From: an uncultured Methanospirillum sp. | GTDB taxonomy: Archaea; Halobacteriota; Methanomicrobia; Methanomicrobiales; Methanospirillaceae | Length of the DNA: 56,521 nt | Direction of reading: 5' to 3' | NCBI GenBank assembly: GCA_964637135.1 | Contig: CAZWTX010000015.1 | Coordinates: 1-56,521, forward strand | Part shown: one piece after another, positions 40,394 to 50,841 of the stretch | How positions within the stretch are numbered: position 1 is the stretch's first letter | Layout: each line of letters opens with the position of its first letter | Notes under the pieces: model-generated | The model's input: only the letters and a program-made list of their open reading frames with translations | Databases searched by the model: none | Told to the model about the DNA's origin: nothing | Made by a program: the position numbers and the translations under genes

Positions 40394-42462
40394 GTGTGTT
40401 CTTCCTGATACCGGGAGATGGCAATAGCGGCAATCTTGTGTTCGCTCATCCTGGGAAGAAATCCTGCTGACCCGTCTTCAAGATGCCGGGCAGCACGTTC
40501 GATAAACGGAAGCGGCATGAAGGTAGAACCCTTTTTAATATCCCTGACCAGGCGGGCCTTGCATACCAGCGATCCCTGTCTGAACGATACGAGGATGAGA
40601 TCGTTGTTCTTTATCTTCAGACCCGCTGCATCGTCCGGATTCATCTCAAGGTAGGCTTCGCTCATCTCATCGTTCAGGCTCTTGCACCGCCGGGTCATAC
40701 TTCCCGACTGCCAATGCCAGATGATCCTCCCGGTGTTCAGTCTGAACGGGAATTTTTTATCCGGAAGGTCTGACGGTTCTTTCCACTCGACAGGATGGAA
40801 AACCCCTTTTCCATCCGGCGTAGCAAATTCGGTTTCGTACAGGACTGCCGTTCCCGGATAGTCCCGGGTCGGGCATGGCCAGTTGATACCTTCCGGCCGT
40901 CCCACCCGCTCCCAGGTCATTCCCTGGTAATGGGGATTGACCATGCAGATCTCTTCAAATATCTCCTTCGGTTCCGTGTACGGGAACTGGTCTTTATACC
41001 CCATCCGGTCTGCCAGGGCGATGATGATATCGGTATCTGATTTTGCTTCGCCGGGGGGATCGACCGCTTTTCTGATCCGCTGGACCCGTCTTTCGGTATT
41101 GGTCTGGGTTCCATCCTTTTCAGCCCAGCATGCGGCCGGGAGAACGATATCGGCGAACTCGCAGGTTTCAGTAAAGAAGATGTCCTGAACAATGAGGAAT
41201 TCCAGATTTTTCAATCCTTTTTTGACCCCTTCCGGATCTGGCTCTGATATAACCGGGTTTTCCCCGATCAGGTACATCATTTTAATGGTTGGATGGGGTG
41301 TGCGGAGCCGCTCAAATAACTGATTGATATCATACCCTTCTTTCGGTTCACAGATCCCGTCAGGAAAATTCCATTGTTTTGCAATAAACCGGTGGGCAGC
41401 CCCGTCGGTGATTTTGGCATATCCCGGGAAAAAATGAGGAAGGCATCCGGCATCACAGGCACCCTGGACATTATTCTGCCCGCGAAGGGCATTTACCCCG
41501 GTTCCCGGCCGGCCGATGTTCCCGGTCAGCATCATCAGGTTCGCAATCGACTTCACATTGTCGACCCCGGTGTTATGCTGGGTCATTCCCATCGCGTATA
41601 GTACCGTGCACCGGTCAGCGTTGCCGATCCATTCGGCAGTCGTCCTGATGAGATCAGGGGAGACGCCACAGAGGCTGCCGGCACTCTCGGGTTCGTAACG
41701 GGGTTGGAGAACAATCTTTTTCAGCGATTCATACCGGGATGTCCGCTCACTGATGAACCTGCTGTCTTCCCATCCGTTTCTGACGATCTCTCCCATGATA
41801 CTGTTCAGGAGGAGTACATCTGACCCGCTGAAGAACTGGATAAAGAGATCTGACTGTATGGCGGTCGGGGTATACCGGGGATCCGCATAGATAAGACGTG
41901 CCCCCCGGTTTCGTGCCTTAATAATCTGCCTCCCGACTAACGGATGCTGCTCTAACGTGTTACTCCCGAGACAGAGGATACAGTCTGCCTCCCCGATGTC
42001 GGGGATTGAATTTGTCATGGCACTACAGCCAAACGCAAGAAAAAGACCCACCATGGTGGCAGAGTGGCACATTCTCGCACAATGATCGATATGACGGGTC
42101 TTCAGGACACCCCGCCCGAATTTCATGGCCAGATAGTTATCTTCATTCGAACACCGTGCCGAGGTGAGCACGGCCATCTCTTCAGGCTGGTATCCGGCAA
42201 GTTTCGTGGCGATCAGGTCAAGTGCCGATTCCCAGCTGGTCTCGAAAAAAACGTTTCCTTTCCTGATGAGGGGTTTTTTCAACCGGTCAGGATTGGATAC
42301 GAACTGATGACAATAGGTCCCTTTCGGGCAGATTCGTCCCTCATTCACCGGTGACCGGAAGTACGGGGCTGTTTCAGTAACTCTTCCGTTCTGGACGATA
42401 AGATTCACTGAGCATCCGGTACTGCAGTAGGGACAGGTGGTGGTGACCTGGTTATATGTCAT
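40390..42462 (-). CDS. fdhA: Formate dehydrogenase alpha subunit (set 1, divergent)
   Basis: TTCPYCSTGC, CPKG, DHCARMCH, LRGQNNVQG, TNTERRVQ. Confidence 0.93.
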   Translation of the reverse strand: MTYNQVTTTCPYCSTGCSVNLIVQNGRVTETAPYFRSPVNEGRICPKGTYCHQFVSNPDRLKKPLIRKGNVFFETSWESALDLIATKLAGYQPEEMAVLTSARCSNEDNYLAMKFGRGVLKTRHIDHCARMCHSATMVGLFLAFGCSAMTNSIPDIGEADCILCLGSNTLEQHPLVGRQIIKARNRGARLIYADPRYTPTAIQSDLFIQFFSGSDVLLLNSIMGEIVRNGWEDSRFISERTSRYESLKKIVLQPRYEPESAGSLCGVSPDLIRTTAEWIGNADRCTVLYAMGMTQHNTGVDNVKSIANLMMLTGNIGRPGTGVNALRGQNNVQGACDAGCLPHFFPGYAKITDGAAHRFIAKQWNFPDGICEPKEGYDINQLFERLRTPHPTIKMMYLIGENPVISEPDPEGVKKGLKNLEFLIVQDIFFTETCEFADIVLPAACWAEKDGTQTNTERRVQRIRKAVDPPGEAKSDTDIIIALADRMGYKDQFPYTEPKEIFEEICMVNPHYQGMTWERVGRPEGINWPCPTRDYPGTAVLYETEFATPDGKGVFHPVEWKEPSDLPDKKFPFRLNTGRIIWHWQSGSMTRRCKSLNDEMSEAYLEMNPDDAAGLKIKNNDLILVSFRQGSLVCKARLVRDIKKGSTFMPLPFIERAARHLEDGSAGFLPRMSEHKIAAIAISRYQEEHT

Positions 42463-42573
42463 CTGGACAGTTCACTCAATACCATTTGAAGCAGGGGATA
42501 GTTATTATTCCGCTCTTATTTCCTGCTCAAAAAAAGGGAGCGATCGCCGGGCATCGCGGGATCCTTGGGCATC

Positions 42574-44460
42574 TCATTCATCACGGTTACAATACTGGAT
42601 CGTTCCTGAACGGGTGGTTTCATACCCCCCAAGGCGGGAAAGCAGGCTTTTAAAGGAGTCTGATGCAATGAGATCCCGGATCTTTCTGATCCGGTCATCT
42701 GCTTCATACATCTTTTTCGTCGTTACGAGTTCGTACCGTTCAACACCCACCGGAACAAACGAAAGGGAAAAGGTACGGGCAGCACTCAGGATGGCCATAC
42801 CGAGGTCGGCATCCTTGTTCTGTATGGCAAGGCAGACGGCAAGGTGCGTGGTTACGTCCTTGTCATATCCGTCGATCTGGTCAGGCCGGATACCGTTCTC
42901 TTTCAGGAGATGATCGAGGAGCATCCGGGTTCCTGATCCCCGCTGCCGGTTGATAAACCGTCCGGTCAGTATCGAATCAAAACTGAGGTTATCCCGTGAA
43001 ACAACTCCCTGAATGCGTTCAGCAACACAGATCAGGACCAGTTCTTCCTCCGGGAAATATTCCTTCAGGTACGGTATGTTGTATTCACCATCATCAGCGA
43101 GGAGATGCATCGGGGCCAGGTGACAATATCCTCTCTTTAAGGCAAGTAATCCCCCCATACTCCCTACATGGGAGGAAGAGATCGCAATATTGTCATCCCG
43201 CATCATGTCTGCAATATAATCGATGACCGGATCATGGCTCCCGGTGATCAGGATCACCTGTTCGGCTTCACTCCTGGGAACGGTAAGAGACGCCGTTGTC
43301 TCCGATCCTGCCTCAAGACCTTCCTGCTCTGAGGGGATCGTCAGGTACGCATTTGCCCTGACCATGCTCATCTGGATACCAGACCCGCGTGATACGGGAG
43401 ATGCGATCCAGGTATCGCCGATCTTTCCGATGCTCGCCAGAACAAACTCGTCTGAACCGATAGAAGAGGGAATTGCCCCGGTGAGACGAACCGGGACTGT
43501 TTCAGGTTCAGGAATGATGAACCCGTGCCACCGTAACAGGGGAAGAACGATCTCCCGGAGAATGGTTGTGCAGGCAATCGGATATCCCGGCATGCCGATT
43601 ACCGGTTTGTTCCGTATCTCGCCCAGGATAACCGGTTTTGCCGGTTTTATGGCGATGCCGTGGACAAATACCTCCCCCAGGTCACTGATAACCCGGGCAG
43701 TATAATCCTTGGTTCCCTTGGATGACCCGGCAGAGATAAGGATGATATCATGATCCTCTGCCGCTTTTTCAACGGTCCATTTGATGAGATCGAGGACGTC
43801 AGGAACGATTGGATAATGGGTGACCCGCACACCGGCCTTTTTGAGTTCTGCGGCTGCCACATGCATATTACTCTCGATGACCTGGCCCGGGGCGGGGACC
43901 GTTCCCACCGGCACAATCTCACTTCCCGTCGGTATGAGTGCAATTCTGAGATCGAGAACCGGAACCTCGGTAACGCCATAACTGATCATTGCCCCGATAT
44001 CCGTGGGGCGAATCAGAGTCCGTCTCGGGATGATCATCTCGGTCTCTGCAATATCTTCGCCGACCGGCCGGATATGCTGCCAGGGATGGGCGGGAGCATA
44101 GATCGTAAATCCGTTGTTCTCCTCTTTTAGATCTTCAATCATGATCACCGCATCATACCCGTCAGGGATGGTGTTTCCCGTGTTTACCCGGACCGCATGG
44201 GGGAGTGTCTTAGGTTTCTGTTCTGTAGCACCGATTGTTTCGGCACTCCTGACGGCAATTCCATCCATTGCCGAGAGATGCGTACCCGGAAATGAGATCG
44301 GAGAGAACACTGCTTCTGCGGTAATTCTCCCTGACGCGTTCTGAACGGGAACGTGCACGATCCGCGGCTCACCGGGAAATCTCCGGTGTAATTCCGATAA
44401 TGCATCTTTCAGTGATGTAAGCGTGAAAAAACGAGTCCGTTCCTCATCTCCCTCTACCAT
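42574..44460 (-). CDS. moeA: MoeA-PBP fusion (intact motifs)
   Basis: SAMDG, PTGSE, IESN, VPD, SAGSSKGTKD, plus C-terminal PBP domain. Confidence 0.95.
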   Translation of the reverse strand: MVEGDEERTRFFTLTSLKDALSELHRRFPGEPRIVHVPVQNASGRITAEAVFSPISFPGTHLSAMDGIAVRSAETIGATEQKPKTLPHAVRVNTGNTIPDGYDAVIMIEDLKEENNGFTIYAPAHPWQHIRPVGEDIAETEMIIPRRTLIRPTDIGAMISYGVTEVPVLDLRIALIPTGSEIVPVGTVPAPGQVIESNMHVAAAELKKAGVRVTHYPIVPDVLDLIKWTVEKAAEDHDIILISAGSSKGTKDYTARVISDLGEVFVHGIAIKPAKPVILGEIRNKPVIGMPGYPIACTTILREIVLPLLRWHGFIIPEPETVPVRLTGAIPSSIGSDEFVLASIGKIGDTWIASPVSRGSGIQMSMVRANAYLTIPSEQEGLEAGSETTASLTVPRSEAEQVILITGSHDPVIDYIADMMRDDNIAISSSHVGSMGGLLALKRGYCHLAPMHLLADDGEYNIPYLKEYFPEEELVLICVAERIQGVVSRDNLSFDSILTGRFINRQRGSGTRMLLDHLLKENGIRPDQIDGYDKDVTTHLAVCLAIQNKDADLGMAILSAARTFSLSFVPVGVERYELVTTKKMYEADDRIRKIRDLIASDSFKSLLSRLGGYETTRSGTIQYCNRDE

Positions 44461-44746
44461 GGTCTCTCCTTTCCCTGGCGACCGGTTCGTTCCTCAGGGA
44501 TATTCATCGCTCTCAAGACCAGAGTATTGGTTGGATCGGGTGATATACCCTTGGAGCATCCGATTCATGTACTTTGGGGGAGAATTGACCTCCGGGACCC
44601 GGATGACTGGATTTTTTTCATGAGGACAGTATCCGGGGGGATGGATGTACGATGAGCACCTAATAACCATATAGCATCAACAAACAAAGAAATTCACAAG
44701 ATGGTATAAACCTGTGTTCACATCAGGTCACAATTATTCAACATCT

Positions 44747-44760
44747 CTGCGGCACGTCAT
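44747..44760 (+). repeat. 14-bp direct repeat CTGCGGCACGTCAT, copy 1
   Basis: Exact second copy at 45234-45247 in the same intergenic region. Confidence 0.7.
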
Positions 44761-45233
44761 CATCCTTGTGAGACCAGGTGATTTCCTGATGGCCGGATCA
44801 GGTGGTATATCAGCAAATCATGAAACCCGGGGCGATCAGCCCTCGCAGAAAAATGTTAATTCATTGAAATATACATTCTGAAAAAATAGCTTTTTTTATT
44901 AACCAGATCAGCCATGATATCTCCGTGTTCTCGCAAAATGCCCGGAAAAAACCGATGATCTTATATGGTGAAAAAAACTACGATGTAGTGCTCGATTCAC
45001 TCAGTCGGGCACAGGATTACCTGTTACGGACAGAATCATCCCGAACCATGGAGCCTTCCCGAGTTCACGCTTCATGGAGATTCTGTCCACCGAGGAAAAC
45101 GCGAATAAAATTCGCATTATCCTGTTTGTATTCATGCTATATGAATCCGGCGTCAGTATTCACTCCAGTGACCACTCTTTTCCGGGTACCTGGTATCGAT
45201 GGCACCCGAGAATCCACCATAAATAAGCAAGAC

Positions 45234-45247
45234 CTGCGGCACGTCAT
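45234..45247 (+). repeat. 14-bp direct repeat CTGCGGCACGTCAT, copy 2
   Basis: Exact match to 44747-44760. Confidence 0.7.
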
Positions 45248-45433
45248 TGGCCGAAGGAATTTCGCCGTGTAATGGAAACCTTAAATACTGAACTTTCTCT
45301 AAATGATCATCTATTTTACCTGAGCTGAAGCGCATCATAATTTCACTGTTGGTTCCTTTGCATGATGAATTCAATAAATATCCTATGAGGAATCACCAGT
45401 TTTCATCAAAAATTACGCGACAAAGAGGTGCGC

Positions 45434-45441
45434 TTAAATAG
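45434..45441 (+). promoter_or_regulatory. Candidate TATA box for fwd operon 2
   Basis: TTAAATAG about 110 nt upstream of the fwdD start. Confidence 0.35.
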
Positions 45442-45547
45442 TATTGGTGGAGACGTTCTAGTACTGTACCTGGGCAGGCATAGCAGGATCTATCCGAACC
45501 GATTATAATCCTGATTATGCTGGGGAACAGTCAAATCCGAGGAAAAA

Positions 45548-45949
45548 ATGAGCACGATATCGATCAACCTGATATCAGGTCGCACCATTCAGCAGGGTGT
45601 CTCCATGGAAGGAGGCAAGGAGAAGGATAATTACCGCCTTGCCTGTGGGATCATAGAGATTGATGAATCTGACTTCAAAAAACTGGGAGTCATGAAGAAT
45701 ACCAATGTACGGGTGACCAGTGAATTCGGTTCCGTCGTTGTAAAGGCGGTTTCGGCGACCCAGGGACCACACCCGGGAATGGCATTCATTCCCATGGGGC
45801 CATGGGCAAACAAGATCACCAGCACTGAAACCTATTCCACGGGAATGCCCACCTTCAAGGGTGTTCCGGTGACCGTTGAGCCCGCTCCTGAAGATAAAGT
45901 GATGAATTCAGTTGAACTCGTCCGTGCATACTGCTTTGGTGATAACTGA
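45548..45949 (+). CDS. fwdD: Formylmethanofuran dehydrogenase subunit D (set 2)
   Basis: SGRTIQQG, FIPMGPWAN, TGMPTFKG. Confidence 0.95.
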   Translation: MSTISINLISGRTIQQGVSMEGGKEKDNYRLACGIIEIDESDFKKLGVMKNTNVRVTSEFGSVVVKAVSATQGPHPGMAFIPMGPWANKITSTETYSTGMPTFKGVPVTVEPAPEDKVMNSVELVRAYCFGDN

Positions 45950-47268
45950 TGTCAAAAACAATCACTGATGTAATCTGTCCGTTCTGCGGAACGCTCTGTG
46001 ACGATCTCATCGTTACGACAGACGATGAAGGGAAGAAGATTCTCGGCGTCGAGAATGCCTGTGCAATCGGTGCTGAGAAGTTTATCCATTCATCAGATCA
46101 TTCCCACCGGGTAACCCGCCCCCGGAAGATGCAGGACGACGGCACCTACAAGGAGATAACCTATAAGGAAGCGATCGAGCACACTGCCCAGATCCTTGTA
46201 CATGCCAAAAAACCACTCATGTATGGCTGGTCTTCAACCTCATGTGAGGCACAGAGTGTCGGCCATGAGATTGCCGAAATGTGTGGTGCAACCGTTGACA
46301 ACACGGCAGCCGTCTGTCATGGAACCACGCTCATCGCACTCCAGAATGTCGGTATTCCGAGCTGCACCCTCGGAGAAGTAAAGAACCGTGCAGACCGGAT
46401 CATCTTCTGGGGCTGCAACCCGGCCCATGCCCACCCCCGGCACATGTCCCGGTATTCCATCTTCCCCCGTGGATACTTCACCGGAAAGGGCGCCAAGCAG
46501 CGGAAGATCATCGTGGTTGACCCCCGTCCCACCGATACCTCAACCCTTGCCGATGTTCATCTCCAGGTTGAGCAGGGATATGATTATGAACTCCTCCAGG
46601 CGCTCCGTGCAGCAATCCGGGGACAACCGCTTGCAGGAGATGTTGTCGCCGGTGTTCCCACGGAGAAGGTCTACGAAGCAGCTGAACTTCTTAAATCCGG
46701 ACGGTTCGGGGTCATCTTCTTCGGAATGGGAGTTACCCAGTCTCTCGGAAAAGACCACAACATCGATGCAGCTATCTGTCTGACCAAGGATCTGAACGAC
46801 TACACCAAGTTCTCGATCATTGCCATGCGGGGACATTACAATGTTACCGGGTCCGGCCAGGTTCTCGGCTGGCAGTTCGGATTCCCGTACTCCGTCGATC
46901 TCTCCCGTGGATTTGCCCGGTATAACCCGGGAGAGACGGGAACGATTGAAATTCTCAAACGGCAGGAAGCAGACGCGGTATTTGTGCTTGGCAGCGATCC
47001 GGGAGCCCATTTCCCGATGCAGTGTGTCAAGGAGATCTCCCGGCTGCCATCAGTGGCAATTGACCCCCATATCACCCCGACAACCGATATCTGCGACGTA
47101 CATGTCCCGGTTGCGTTCGTCGGCGTAGAAGTCGGCGGGAACTGCTATCGTATGGATAATGTTCCGATTGAGTCCAGAAAAGTCGTTGAGCCGCCGGAAG
47201 GGATGATGACCGACCAGGAGTTCCTCTCTGCAGTACTGGAACGGGTCAAGGAACTCAAGGCAAACTAG
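45949..47268 (+). CDS. fwdB: Formylmethanofuran dehydrogenase subunit B (set 2)
   Basis: CPFCGTLCDD, AVCHG (Cys ligand), VKNRAD, HPRHMSRY, MRGHYN. Confidence 0.96.
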   Translation: MSKTITDVICPFCGTLCDDLIVTTDDEGKKILGVENACAIGAEKFIHSSDHSHRVTRPRKMQDDGTYKEITYKEAIEHTAQILVHAKKPLMYGWSSTSCEAQSVGHEIAEMCGATVDNTAAVCHGTTLIALQNVGIPSCTLGEVKNRADRIIFWGCNPAHAHPRHMSRYSIFPRGYFTGKGAKQRKIIVVDPRPTDTSTLADVHLQVEQGYDYELLQALRAAIRGQPLAGDVVAGVPTEKVYEAAELLKSGRFGVIFFGMGVTQSLGKDHNIDAAICLTKDLNDYTKFSIIAMRGHYNVTGSGQVLGWQFGFPYSVDLSRGFARYNPGETGTIEILKRQEADAVFVLGSDPGAHFPMQCVKEISRLPSVAIDPHITPTTDICDVHVPVAFVGVEVGGNCYRMDNVPIESRKVVEPPEGMMTDQEFLSAVLERVKELKAN

Positions 47269-47278
47269 GGTGACAACA

Positions 47279-48979
47279 ATGAGCGAATATATCATAAAAA
47301 ACGGAACCGTCTACGATCCAAAGACCGGTGTCAAGGGCGAGGTCAAGGATGTCTGTATCAAGGACGGGAAGATCGTTGACAAGGTCTCCTCAAAGGCAAC
47401 GAGCATCGATGCCAAGGGGAAGACCGTCATGGCCGGAGCCGTCGAGGTACATGCCCACGTAGCCGGACCAAAGGTCAATGAAGGCCGGAACTTCAGACCG
47501 GAAGACAAACTCTTCTCCTACAAGCCGGGCGGCAAAAACACCCGTATGGCCGGTGGATTCTCAATCCCCACCACATTCAAGACCGGGTATGAATACGCAA
47601 AGATGGGATACACCACCGTCATGGAAGCAGCCATGCCGCCGATATATGCCCGTCACGTTCACGAGGAGATCAAGGACACCCCGATCATCGACGAGGCAGC
47701 ATTCCCCGTCTTTGGAAACAACTGGTTTGTCTTTGATTACCTGAAGAACAAGGAGATGGACAATGTTACGGCATACATCTCCTGGCTGCTCAGGACGACC
47801 AAGGGATATGCCATCAAGATTGTCAATCCCGGCGGTTCCGAAGCCTGGGGATGGGGTGAAAACTGTACCAGCATCCATGATCCGGTTCCCTACTTTGACA
47901 TCACCCCGGCCGAGATCATGAAGGGTCTCCTCACGGCAAACGAGAAGATGGGGCTCCCGCACTCGATCCACGTCCATACCAACAACCTGGGCAATCCGGG
48001 CAACTACCAGACAACCCTTGATACGTTCAAACTTGCCGAGGGGGTCAAGCCAACCAACAAGTTCGGCCGTGAACAGGTATTCCATCACACCCACGTGCAG
48101 TTCCACTCGTACGGGGGAGACAGCTGGGGAACCTTTGAATCCAAGGCAAAGGAGATCATGGATTATGTCAATGCAAACAAGAACATCACCATCGATCTCG
48201 GCTGCGTGACCCTGGACGAAACGACCACCATGACCGCAGACGGTCCGTTCGAGCATCACCTGACCACCCTGAACCATCTGAAATGGGCAAACGTGGACGT
48301 TGAACTTGAGACGAGTTCAGGTATCGTTCCGTATGTCTACGACCCGAACATCAAGGTCTGTGCCATCCAGTGGGCCATCGGTCTTGAACTGGCACTCTAT
48401 GCAAAGGATCCGATGCGGACGTTCGTGACCACCGACCACCCGAATGCCGGTCCGTTCACCCGGTACCCGCGTATCTTCAAGTGGCTGATGTCTGACAAGT
48501 CCCGGCAGGAGATGCTCAAGGGCTTTAAGAACTCTGACAAGGTCATCGCGGCAACCAACCTCGCGTCACTTGACCGTGAGATCACCATGTACGAACTTGC
48601 CCAGATGACCCGTGCCGGACCAGCCAAATCACTCGGTCTTACCGACCGGTTTGGTGGCCTCGGCGTCGGCATGGAAGCAGACGTGGGGGTCTTTGACATC
48701 CTCGAAGACAAGATCACCGACCCCGAACAGATCGAGAAGGCATTCAGTTCAGCTGAATACGTCTTCAAGACCGGAACGCTGGTCGTTGACCATGGCGAGA
48801 TCGTCAGCAACGGCAACAAGAGAACCCTCTGGGTCGATGCAAAGATTCCGCTGAACGAACAGGTCGAGCGTGACGTGAAGATGAAGTTCCTGAAATACTA
48901 CAGCATGAACCTGAACAACTACGAAGTATCAGACCACTACGTACCGAATCCGTACGTCATTGAGGTCGATTCCAACTAA
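47279..48979 (+). CDS. fwdA: Formylmethanofuran dehydrogenase subunit A (set 2)
   Basis: HAHVAG, NPGG, HVHTNNLG, QFHSYGG, TTDHPNAGPF; start 47270 or 47279. Confidence 0.96.
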   Translation: MSEYIIKNGTVYDPKTGVKGEVKDVCIKDGKIVDKVSSKATSIDAKGKTVMAGAVEVHAHVAGPKVNEGRNFRPEDKLFSYKPGGKNTRMAGGFSIPTTFKTGYEYAKMGYTTVMEAAMPPIYARHVHEEIKDTPIIDEAAFPVFGNNWFVFDYLKNKEMDNVTAYISWLLRTTKGYAIKIVNPGGSEAWGWGENCTSIHDPVPYFDITPAEIMKGLLTANEKMGLPHSIHVHTNNLGNPGNYQTTLDTFKLAEGVKPTNKFGREQVFHHTHVQFHSYGGDSWGTFESKAKEIMDYVNANKNITIDLGCVTLDETTTMTADGPFEHHLTTLNHLKWANVDVELETSSGIVPYVYDPNIKVCAIQWAIGLELALYAKDPMRTFVTTDHPNAGPFTRYPRIFKWLMSDKSRQEMLKGFKNSDKVIAATNLASLDREITMYELAQMTRAGPAKSLGLTDRFGGLGVGMEADVGVFDILEDKITDPEQIEKAFSSAEYVFKTGTLVVDHGEIVSNGNKRTLWVDAKIPLNEQVERDVKMKFLKYYSMNLNNYEVSDHYVPNPYVIEVDSN

Positions 48980-48992
48980 GGGGGAAGCAGAC

Positions 48993-49994
48993 ATGGATAT
49001 CATCAAACTCACCCCCACGAAGGTTCCTGAACTCTACCTTGAGGCAGAACAGATCAGCCCTGACGCCTTTGCCGGGAAGACAAACCCGGAGATCGGCGAG
49101 TTGTCTGTTTATATGGGAAACCAGACTTACAAACTCGCAGATTTCTTTACGATCGACGGAAAGGCCGGGGCAACGGCTGCCGATACGCGAATCGTGATCG
49201 CCGGTGACGCCGGGAAGGTCAAGTACATCGGCATGAAGATGACCGCCGGAGAGGTAGAGGTCCAGGGGAACGCTGACATGTACGTCGGTGCCTGGATGGC
49301 AGGCGGGAAGATCCTGGTCAAAGGAAATGTCGATTCCTTTGCAGGGATTGCCATGACCGGCGGCGAACTCGTCATCGAAGGGAATGCCAAGAACTACATC
49401 GGTGCTGCCTACCGTGGCGACTGGCGGGGCATGCAGGGCGGAAAGATCCTGGTCAAAGGGAGCGTCGGTTCTGATGTCGGCTCAAACATAAACGGTGGAA
49501 CAATAGAGATCGGCGGCAATGCCGATGTCCACCTGGCAACCCACGCTGATGGCGGAACCATCATTGTCCACGGCGTCGCGAAAGGCCGGGTCGGCGGACA
49601 GATGGTGAAAGGCGATATCTACGTTCTCGGCGGAATCGAGCGGATGATGCCCTCATACCGGTACGATCACGATGAAGAGGTCGAACTGAACGGGAAGAAG
49701 ACGGCTTTCAGTGTCTACTACGGAGATCTCGGGGAGCGTCACGGGAAGCGGAAAGGCGAGATCATTTACGGAAAGATCTTCCTTGCAACCGGTACAGCGG
49801 CTGTGGGTGAGAAACCTGCACCGCGAACCCGTCATGCAAACCTGAACGAAAAGCAGATGGACGCTCTTTCAGAAGCGGTCAGAGAAATGAAGGAACCCAC
49901 GGTCCAGGCTGTCCGTGCGTACATTCATGATTCATTCGGGCTTGATATGAAGCCGATGCAGGTTTCACGCCTGATCGACTCAATAAAGCGGTAA
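48993..49994 (+). CDS. fwdC: Formylmethanofuran dehydrogenase subunit C (set 2) with C-terminal extension
   Basis: GxxMxGG repeats, YRGDWRGMQGG; about 69 aa of linker and tail after the FwdC core. Confidence 0.93.
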   Translation: MDIIKLTPTKVPELYLEAEQISPDAFAGKTNPEIGELSVYMGNQTYKLADFFTIDGKAGATAADTRIVIAGDAGKVKYIGMKMTAGEVEVQGNADMYVGAWMAGGKILVKGNVDSFAGIAMTGGELVIEGNAKNYIGAAYRGDWRGMQGGKILVKGSVGSDVGSNINGGTIEIGGNADVHLATHADGGTIIVHGVAKGRVGGQMVKGDIYVLGGIERMMPSYRYDHDEEVELNGKKTAFSVYYGDLGERHGKRKGEIIYGKIFLATGTAAVGEKPAPRTRHANLNEKQMDALSEAVREMKEPTVQAVRAYIHDSFGLDMKPMQVSRLIDSIKR

Positions 49995-50088
49995 TCCCTA
50001 TTTTTCCGGACGGCTCAGCCGATCCCGGAAAATCCCTCTTCTTTAAAAAAAAACCACCAGACGGATGGATCCTGTCAGCCCGGTTTTT

Positions 50089-50841
50089 TTAGTCCCGTCG
50101 GATTGCATGATACCCGTCATCCCGTTCTTCAACGAGAAGAACTGCCGTTCCCATGATCCGAAGCGGCTGGGGGAACTTCGGAACATGAACCCGGCCACCG
50201 GTCAGCGTTCTTCCTTCAACCGTCATGACCTGGTCGATGCCGATATGCAACAGATCGCTGATTTCCACGTCTCCATGATGGTCCCTGATGGATCCGATCT
50301 GCAGGTATCTCCCGTCAGATCCACTCGCTGCAAGTCCTATTCCTGCAAGGGCTCCGATGACCCCTCCCTCGGTCCCTCCCAGTCCTTCAAGAAGAATGCC
50401 GGCATGACCGGCGATTGCCCGTGCACGATCCTGTGTCAGAACCTGGTCTTTGGCGTCAAGTCCGAACCGGACGAGTGCCGGGATGATCTGTGCACTTCCG
50501 GCGAGTGCCACCCCGGGATCGCTTCCCACGGCAGATCGTTCCCTGACCAGTGCTGTAACCAGCCCAAAGAGGCGGGGATACTCTTCAGGAGGGATGTCAT
50601 CGAGGCAGATCACCGCCCCGCTGTTATGGGAGGTATACGGGATAGACGGGTGAACAAAAAACTGGTGCCGGGTGATGTACTGAACCGGGTAGGTTTCAGT
50701 TATGATTGCTGCGATTCCGCGGGAAAGCCGTCCGGTCCCGATTGATTCAGGACTGTCCGTATCATCAATTCCGATATAGAGGGGCATAAAACTCCGGATG
50801 TTCTCCCTGTGGTCAGTCGTATCCTCGGGAAATATGGACAT
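50089..50841 (-). CDS. TiaS N-terminal (DDTD) domain-like hypothetical protein
   Basis: YIGIDDTDS...GTG, RHQFFVHPSIPYTSHNS, SDPGVA, GVIGALAGIGL; start 50841 or 50787. Confidence 0.7.
   Translation of the reverse strand: MSIFPEDTTDHRENIRSFMPLYIGIDDTDSPESIGTGRLSRGIAAIITETYPVQYITRHQFFVHPSIPYTSHNSGAVICLDDIPPEEYPRLFGLVTALVRERSAVGSDPGVALAGSAQIIPALVRFGLDAKDQVLTQDRARAIAGHAGILLEGLGGTEGGVIGALAGIGLAASGSDGRYLQIGSIRDHHGDVEISDLLHIGIDQVMTVEGRTLTGGRVHVPKFPQPLRIMGTAVLLVEERDDGYHAIRRD

Noticed and set aside
44925..45272. 115-aa ORF in the moeA-fwdD intergenic region
   Set aside because: No family motif or clear ribosome-binding site; more likely regulatory DNA.
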